Source: an uncultured Synergistota bacterium
GTDB taxonomy: Bacteria > Synergistota > JAGHAJ01
DNA length: 64,000 nt
Assembly (NCBI GenBank): GCA_964559865.1
Contig: CAZLJD010000021.1
Span: forward strand, 57,999-121,998
Direction of reading: 5' to 3'
Below the pieces are notes generated by a model. It saw only the letters and a list, made by a program, of their open reading frames with translations, was not told the DNA's origin and made no database searches. A program made the position numbers and the translations under genes. Positions 57,675 through 64,000 of the stretch are shown here, one piece after another. Position 1 is the first letter of the stretch. Every line of letters starts with the position of its first letter.

Positions 57675-59520
57675 ACAGAGCCCCCTCCAACGCAGTTTCA
57701 TCCACACCGTATATCCTTCTAAGTTCGGACTGACTGCCGTGAGGGATAAATGTATCCGGCAACGCTACCACCTTCACCTTTCTGGCATCCAAACCCCTCT
57801 CATTGACCAATCTCACGATCTCTTCTCCTACACCACCCATCTTTACCCCCTCTTCAGCAACAACAACACTCTCCGCCTGTCTCACAACGCCTAATATTAG
57901 ATCCTCGTCCAGTGGTTTCACAAAACGCATGTTGACAACCCCCACCAACCCAGACGGGTACTTAGCCGCAATCCTGATAGAAGGAGCAACCATACTCCCA
58001 AACGCAAGTATAACCCTTCTACCTCCTTTCAAAACCTCACCTCTTCCAACCTCTACCCTCTGGAAGTTTTCAAAGTCCAACTCCACACCCACTCCACTGC
58101 CTCTCGGATACCTCACAACTACAGGACCATCCAAGTCAAGCGCCGTAAAGAGCATATTTTGTAACTCACGTTCATCTTTAGGGGTCATTATAACCACATT
58201 CGGGATAGCCCTCAGGTAGGCTATATCAAACACCCCTTGATGGGTAGCACCATCAGCACCCACAATACCAGCCCTATCTACACACAAGACAACCGGTATC
58301 TTTTGCAAACATATGTCGTGCACAAACTGATCGTAAGCCCTCTGCAAGAAGGTAGAGTATATGGCAACAAACGGCTTTAAACCCATCAATGCCATACCAG
58401 CAGCAAATGTGAGTAAGTGTTGCTCCGCTATACCCACATCATAGAATCTATCGGGAAATCGCTTGGAAAAATTAAACAGTCCCGCTCCCTCCCTCATGCC
58501 AGCAGTCATCGCAACTACCCTGCCGTCCCTCTCAGCAAGCCTCTCAACGGTCATACCGAACACCTGACTGTAAGAATATGCACCGGATTTCTTCAGGTTA
58601 CCAGTAGTCTTATCAAATGGACCAACACCGTGGAACTTCTCCGGGTTCTCGGACGCAAACCTATAACCCTTTCCTTTCTCAGTGAGAATATGAACCACTA
58701 CAGGTTTATTCACTTCCTTTGCATTTCTCAGCAGCTCCTCAACTGCCCTAACATCATGCCCATCTACAGGGCCCCAGTGTAATAATCCCATCTGCTCAAA
58801 TATAGAACCCTCCATTATTAGATACTTTAAAGTCTCCTTCACCCTATCCACAACGTTAAATATCCCATCACCCAATATGGGCAACTCCGCTATCTCCCGT
58901 TTTACTTCCTCCTTCAACCTCTGATAAGCTGGCACACTCCTAATCCTGCTCAGATGCCTTGCAATTCCGCCAACACGGGGGCTTATACTCCACTTGTTAT
59001 CGTTCAGGACTATTATTACCTTGGTCCCAAGTGAGCCCAAGTGATTGAGTGCCTCCAGTGACATACCCGTAGTTATAGAGGCATCGCCTACTACAGCCAC
59101 CACCTCAAAAGACTCACCCTTTCTGTTCCTCGCCTCCGCTATACCCATAGCAGCAGAGATAGCCGTACCGGCATGACCCGCAGCAAAGACATCATACTCA
59201 CTCTCGGGTGGCCACGCAAACCCACTCAACCCCCCAAGCTGCCTTATGGTATAAATCCTGTCTTTCCTTCCAGTAAGCATCTTGTGAACATATACCTGAT
59301 GGCTAACATCCCACACGATTTTGTCTCTCGGCGTATCGAACACTCTGTGCAGAGCTATGGTAAGTTCCACAACGCCAAGATTAGACGCAAGGTGCCCCCC
59401 AGTACTGGAAACTACATCTATGAGTTTTTTCCTTATTTCCTTCGAAAGTTCTTCGATTTCTGGATAATCAAGTTTCCTCACATCTTCAGGCGAGTTTATG
59501 TTTTCCAAGAGAGACAAACT
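57640..59520 (-). CDS. dxs: 1-deoxy-D-xylulose-5-phosphate synthase
   Basis: N-terminus SLLENINSPEDVRKL. TPP-binding GDG...N region and transketolase-like C-terminus. The exact start is uncertain (ORF track gives 59535). Confidence 0.85.
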   Translation of the reverse strand, partial: SLSLLENINSPEDVRKLDYPEIEELSKEIRKKLIDVVSSTGGHLASNLGVVELTIALHRVFDTPRDKIVWDVSHQVYVHKMLTGRKDRIYTIRQLGGLSGFAWPPESEYDVFAAGHAGTAISAAMGIAEARNRKGESFEVVAVVGDASITTGMSLEALNHLGSLGTKVIIVLNDNKWSISPRVGGIARHLSRIRSVPAYQRLKEEVKREIAELPILGDGIFNVVDRVKETLKYLIMEGSIFEQMGLLHWGPVDGHDVRAVEELLRNAKEVNKPVVVHILTEKGKGYRFASENPEKFHGVGPFDKTTGNLKKSGAYSYSQVFGMTVERLAERDGRVVAMTAGMREGAGLFNFSKRFPDRFYDVGIAEQHLLTFAAGMALMGLKPFVAIYSTFLQRAYDQFVHDICLQKIPVVLCVDRAGIVGADGATHQGVFDIAYLRAIPNVVIMTPKDERELQNMLFTALDLDGPVVVRYPRGSGVGVELDFENFQRVEVGRGEVLKGGRRVILAFGSMVAPSIRIAAKYPSGLVGVVNMRFVKPLDEDLILGVVRQAESVVVAEEGVKMGGVGEEIVRLVNERGLDARKVKVVALPDTFIPHGSQSELRRIYGVDETALEGALFGESSYRQATG

Positions 59521-60331
59521 GCTCCCCCCTCTCAAATATGTAAGAAACCATGTACTTCAGCACACCTGCCTTATCTCCAAGAAAGGATAGCTCCTCCTCT
59601 GCCATCATCTTAAATCTCCGTGCCTCCTCCAAGGCCTTCTCAAGTCCCACCAATTCTGCATAGTTACTCTTTTCTCCGCTATCCACATCCATTATATCAT
59701 CCACCAACTGAAATAGCATCCCCAAAGACCTGCCATAAGACGCAAGCCTATCCAAGTAATCATCTCTACGCAAAAATATACCTGCAGAAAGGACAGACAC
59801 CCTTATCAGGGCAGATGTCTTGTGTTCGTGGATCCACTTCAACAATAACTCATTATCCGTGCCGTCTTTGGAAACATCCACATCAAGAAATTGTCCTCCT
59901 GTCATACCAGAAGCACCAGAGGCACGGGCAAGTTCCTTAGATGCCTTAATCACTAACTCAGCGTCCACATCCCCATAAAGCTCAAGTGACATAGCTACTT
60001 CAAAAGCCATGATGAGTAGTGCATCACCAACGAGAAGTGCCTTACCGTCACCCATATATTCGTGAAGTGCTGGCTTTCCCCTTCTAAAGTAATCGTTATC
60101 CATGGAAGGCAAATCATCGTGGACGAGAGAAAAAGAGTGCACCATCTCAATACCGCAGGCAAAAGGTAAAAAATCAGCAGCTTCACCACCCAACGCCTCG
60201 ATGGTAGATAGAAACAGAAGAGGCCTAAACCTTTTACCACCCGGAAAGAGTGCATACATAATGCCACTCTTCAGTTCTGCAGGGATACCTTTGTAACCCC
60301 TGACGAACCTCTTCAGACTATCATCTACCAT
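59486..60331 (-). CDS. Short-chain polyprenyl diphosphate synthase (FPP/GGPP synthase type)
   Basis: First DDxxD motif (LVHDDLPSMDNDYFRRG) and second motif (QLVDDIMD). The start is likely the internal Met (MVDDSLKRF) rather than 60403. Confidence 0.8.
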   Translation of the reverse strand: MVDDSLKRFVRGYKGIPAELKSGIMYALFPGGKRFRPLLFLSTIEALGGEAADFLPFACGIEMVHSFSLVHDDLPSMDNDYFRRGKPALHEYMGDGKALLVGDALLIMAFEVAMSLELYGDVDAELVIKASKELARASGASGMTGGQFLDVDVSKDGTDNELLLKWIHEHKTSALIRVSVLSAGIFLRRDDYLDRLASYGRSLGMLFQLVDDIMDVDSGEKSNYAELVGLEKALEEARRFKMMAEEELSFLGDKAGVLKYMVSYIFERGEQFVSLGKHKLA

Positions 60332-60357
60332 AGCCCTGTATCTTTCAAGTATGTGCT

Positions 60358-61476
60358 TCACCTTTTCACTCCCTTCAAAAATGCAGATAGTACCCTGCTC
60401 CACGGAAAGTGAACAGAGTAGTAAAAATCTCCATCTTCTAAGAACCTTCGAAGTGCATTCTTACCCTTTTCCTCAAACATGGGCTGATTAAACACATACC
60501 TAAAGAACTTATAAAATACAAACGAAAGAACTTTACCTCTTCTCTGTTTATTAAATATCTCCTTCTTAAACCTATTTTCTATGGAACCAAAAGGACTCAT
60601 CACATACGAAGAGACTATCTGAGCACTCTTTATAGCGTAGTATATCCCTTCTCCACTGAAAGGGTCTGCTATACCAGCAGCATCCCCAACAAGAAACACA
60701 CCACCACGGCTAATCCTGTTTCTATAGTTAGGACCCACAGGATAGACATAGCCAGCTGGTTTTACATATCCAATGCCAGCAATTGAAAACAACTTAAAAA
60801 GATAGTTGTGCAACTCCCTTTTTGAGGAGGAAATAGTCGCACCTACCCCAAGAGCCATCGTATCCCTCTTAGGGAAAATCCACCCGTACCCCAAAATGCC
60901 GTCAAACAAAAACAAATGTATAGCATCCATCCACTCGCCCTTTGCAGGAACCTCACACTCAAGGGCAACTATCTTCGTCTTATAGCCGTAACCTATACCT
61001 ACAGCCCTACCCACTGCGCTCGGGTAACCATCTGCACCTACGAGGTACCTTCCCACATACCTATCTCTATCCGTTACGACCTCTACCAACCCATCCTTCT
61101 CCACAACACCGGAGAATTTCTCCCTATAACGAACATCTGCACCATTCTCTTCCGCCTTATCCCTCAAAAACTGGTCAAACCTCTGTCTGGAGACCGTGTA
61201 CACGACAGGCTTGTCATACACAAACTCCAGATGACGATCATCAAAGTGCACCACCAGTCTGTTTAACTTTCTCTCTACTACACCACCATAACCATCAGGT
61301 AGATACGGAAGCACCTTTACAGAAAGCCCACCTGCACAAGGTTTGTACCTGTACCTATCCGCCTTCTCCAGAAGCAACACGCTAAAACCACTATTGGCTA
61401 ATATACGAGCTGTAGACGCACCAGCAGGTCCCCCTCCAACCACAATCACATCAAAAGAAGCAGACATTCTTCTCAC
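60358..61476 (-). CDS. Geranylgeranyl reductase-family FAD-dependent oxidoreductase
   Basis: 372 aa. FAD motif DVIVVGGGPAGASTA and the PCAGG motif of GGR-family enzymes. Confidence 0.7.
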   Translation of the reverse strand: MRRMSASFDVIVVGGGPAGASTARILANSGFSVLLLEKADRYRYKPCAGGLSVKVLPYLPDGYGGVVERKLNRLVVHFDDRHLEFVYDKPVVYTVSRQRFDQFLRDKAEENGADVRYREKFSGVVEKDGLVEVVTDRDRYVGRYLVGADGYPSAVGRAVGIGYGYKTKIVALECEVPAKGEWMDAIHLFLFDGILGYGWIFPKRDTMALGVGATISSSKRELHNYLFKLFSIAGIGYVKPAGYVYPVGPNYRNRISRGGVFLVGDAAGIADPFSGEGIYYAIKSAQIVSSYVMSPFGSIENRFKKEIFNKQRRGKVLSFVFYKFFRYVFNQPMFEEKGKNALRRFLEDGDFYYSVHFPWSRVLSAFLKGVKR

Positions 61477-61550
61477 CCATCACCACGACATCGTATAGAA
61501 CCAAGTATAAATTATAGCACATAACTAAAGCAACTCTAACCCACCTGAGA

Positions 61551-62384
61551 CTACTCTTTCAGCGCACCTGCAGTAAGTCCCTGTACGATGTACCTTTGAA
61601 ATATGAGAGTAAGAATAACAAGTGGAATGGAGGCAATGGCAGAAGATGCCATCATCTGTCCCCACGGTATCTGCCCATGCAATCCCTCAAAAAGGGCAAT
61701 ACCAACAGGTATTGTCCTTGCATGGTAGTCTGTAGTAAGCATTAATGCAAACATAAACTCGTTGAAAGCAGAGATAAAGACTAAAAGGGATGTAGAGAAT
61801 ATGCCTGGGGCAGAAAGCGGCAGTATAACCTTTATCAAAGCTTGTATGCGATTTGCTCCATCCACCATCGCTGCCTCATCAAGGTCTGTGGGCAACTGCA
61901 TGAAGTAACTTACAAGTATCCACAAGGATATAGGCATAACCCACGCAATATATGGGAAAATCAGTGCCCTATAAGTATTTATCCACCTGATAGCAGTCAT
62001 GAGCTTAAACAGATACCCAACAATGCTTATCTGAGGGAACATAGAAACGGCCAGCACGCCAAGTATGATTGCCATCTTTCCCTTAAACCGCATCCTCGAC
62101 ACAGCATATCCGGCAAAACTCGCTATCACGACAGCCGCAACAGTAACAACAAACGCCACAACGAGACTGTTTTTGAAGTAATCCATCACATGTAAGTCTC
62201 TCGTACCTATGATCTGCTTATAGTTCTGCAATGTAAACACATACGGTATCTTTTCAGAAGCAAGAAAATCTGGGCGTTCGGCAAAAGAAACGACCAGCAT
62301 CCACACAAACGGCGAAAGGCAAATAAACGCAATTACCACCACACCAATCCACACAAGTATCCGCTTCTTCTTTTGTTCCCTCAT
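61551..62384 (-). CDS. Carbohydrate ABC transporter permease (MalG/UgpE-like)
   Basis: 277 aa, 6 TM. EAA-like loop in binding-protein-dependent transport inner-membrane component. Confidence 0.8.
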   Translation of the reverse strand: MREQKKKRILVWIGVVVIAFICLSPFVWMLVVSFAERPDFLASEKIPYVFTLQNYKQIIGTRDLHVMDYFKNSLVVAFVVTVAAVVIASFAGYAVSRMRFKGKMAIILGVLAVSMFPQISIVGYLFKLMTAIRWINTYRALIFPYIAWVMPISLWILVSYFMQLPTDLDEAAMVDGANRIQALIKVILPLSAPGIFSTSLLVFISAFNEFMFALMLTTDYHARTIPVGIALFEGLHGQIPWGQMMASSAIASIPLVILTLIFQRYIVQGLTAGALKE

Positions 62385-63294
62385 CGTTTCATACCCTCCT
62401 GAAAGCGTCCCACTTTCAGATACACAATGGTAAAGATGAGTATCAGCACAAAGGTAAACACCGATACCGTGGAACCGTACCCAAAATCACCAAGAATGTA
62501 GAGCTTAAATCCGTATATCGAAACAGAAGTAGTTGAGCCTGCAGGTCCTCCCCCGGTAAGCACATATATCAGGTCAAATATTCTCAGGGAATCTATGGTT
62601 CTAAAGACTAACGCTATTACTATAATGGGCCGCAGCATGGGTAGAGTTATATTCCAGAATCTCTGAAACATAGACGCTCCGTCAACCATAGCTGCCTCGT
62701 ACAAAGCAGACGGTATCGACTGCAACCCTGCCAGGAACAATATTGCCATAAACGGTGCCGTCTTCCACACATCGGAGACAACAATAGATGTAAACGCACT
62801 CAGAGGTGTGCCAAGCCAGTTAACAGGGTGAGAAGAGAGGTGTAGATGCACAAGAAGGTAATTCAAAAGACCGTAGTTGAAGTTATACATTAGCTGCCAT
62901 ATCTTAGCAGAAACTATAGTAGGTATAGCCCACGGGATAAGTACAACTGCCCTCATTACCCCTCTCAATCTGAACTTCTCGTTTATCACAAGTGCGTAGA
63001 ATAAGCCCAACACGGTCTCAAAGAATACCGCTACCACTGCAAACATGACGGTCACAAATGTGGAGTTCCAAAAGTCCGGATCTGACAGAAGCCTCCTATA
63101 GTTCGCCAACCCGATAAATTTAACGGGTGGCAAAAAGGTTACATCCCTGAAGAAACTCAATACAAGGGTCCCAAATACAGGGACGAGGATCAATCCCCCA
63201 ACAAGAATAACAACAGGGGCAAGGAGCAGATATGCAAGTCCACTCTCTGAAGAAGAAGACCTTACTGCCCCTCGCCCCAACTTTGCAAACATCA

Positions 63295-63295
<1 letters not shown>
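62381..63295 (-). CDS. Carbohydrate ABC transporter permease (MalF/UgpA-like)
   Basis: 304 aa, 6 TM. Translationally coupled to the downstream permease. Confidence 0.8.

Positions 63296-64000
<705 letters not shown>

Overview
This 64-kb window comes from a bacterium, judged from the sequence to be an anaerobe and possibly a thermophile. Supporting signs are K/E-rich proteins, tungsten AOR-family enzymes, a glycyl-radical enzyme, a geranylgeranyl-reductase-like gene, and conserved tmk-yaaR-holB-yaaT and thrS-infC-rpmI-rplT gene order. Taxonomy cannot be fixed from sequence alone.

The flanks are housekeeping. At the left (1-9151, minus strand) lie pheS (partial), trkA-trkH, rplT-rpmI-infC-thrS, ftsY, yaaT/ricT, holB, a DUF327 protein and tmk. 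At the right (47.8-64 kb, minus strand) lie truA, an S1 protein, an Asp-racemase-like gene, groESL with a CIRCE operator, tsaD, recN, nadK, tlyA, dxs, ispA-like, a geranylgeranyl-reductase family gene and a sugar ABC transporter.

Between about 9.4 and 47.7 kb is a dense accessory metabolic island with two notable modules:

1. A same-strand operon at 11.7-22.2 kb under a PAS histidine kinase/NarL-type regulator. It encodes a PFL2-family glycyl radical enzyme (GRE), a three-subunit AorABC-like tungsten aldehyde:ferredoxin oxidoreductase (polyferredoxin, AOR, FAD subunit), a SatP/YaaH acetate channel, a TIM-barrel amidohydrolase, the GRE-activating radical-SAM enzyme, and a PreA-like dihydropyrimidine/dihydroorotate dehydrogenase-type Fe-S flavoprotein.

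2. A purine/N-heterocycle-type catabolic island at 22.2-47.7 kb. It encodes CoxD/CoxE-like maturation factors, a MobB-like protein, a CoxMSL/XDH-family molybdenum hydroxylase, three paralogous cyclase-family (KynB-like) domains including a tandem-domain protein, FdrA/YlbE/YlbF homologs (an oxamate-carbamoyltransferase-like set), carbamate kinase, an NCS2 nucleobase permease, XdhC and MoeA-like cofactor proteins, a TusDCB(DsrEFH)-like trio fused to a second ferredoxin-AOR pair, a PucR-family regulator, and two paralogous 245-aa proteins of unknown family that bracket the island.

Two genes (coxE-like, fdrA-like) are each split by a single in-frame TAA embedded in a Shine-Dalgarno, with a restart codon exactly 12 nt downstream.

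No CRISPR, tRNA, rRNA or obvious mobile element was seen.
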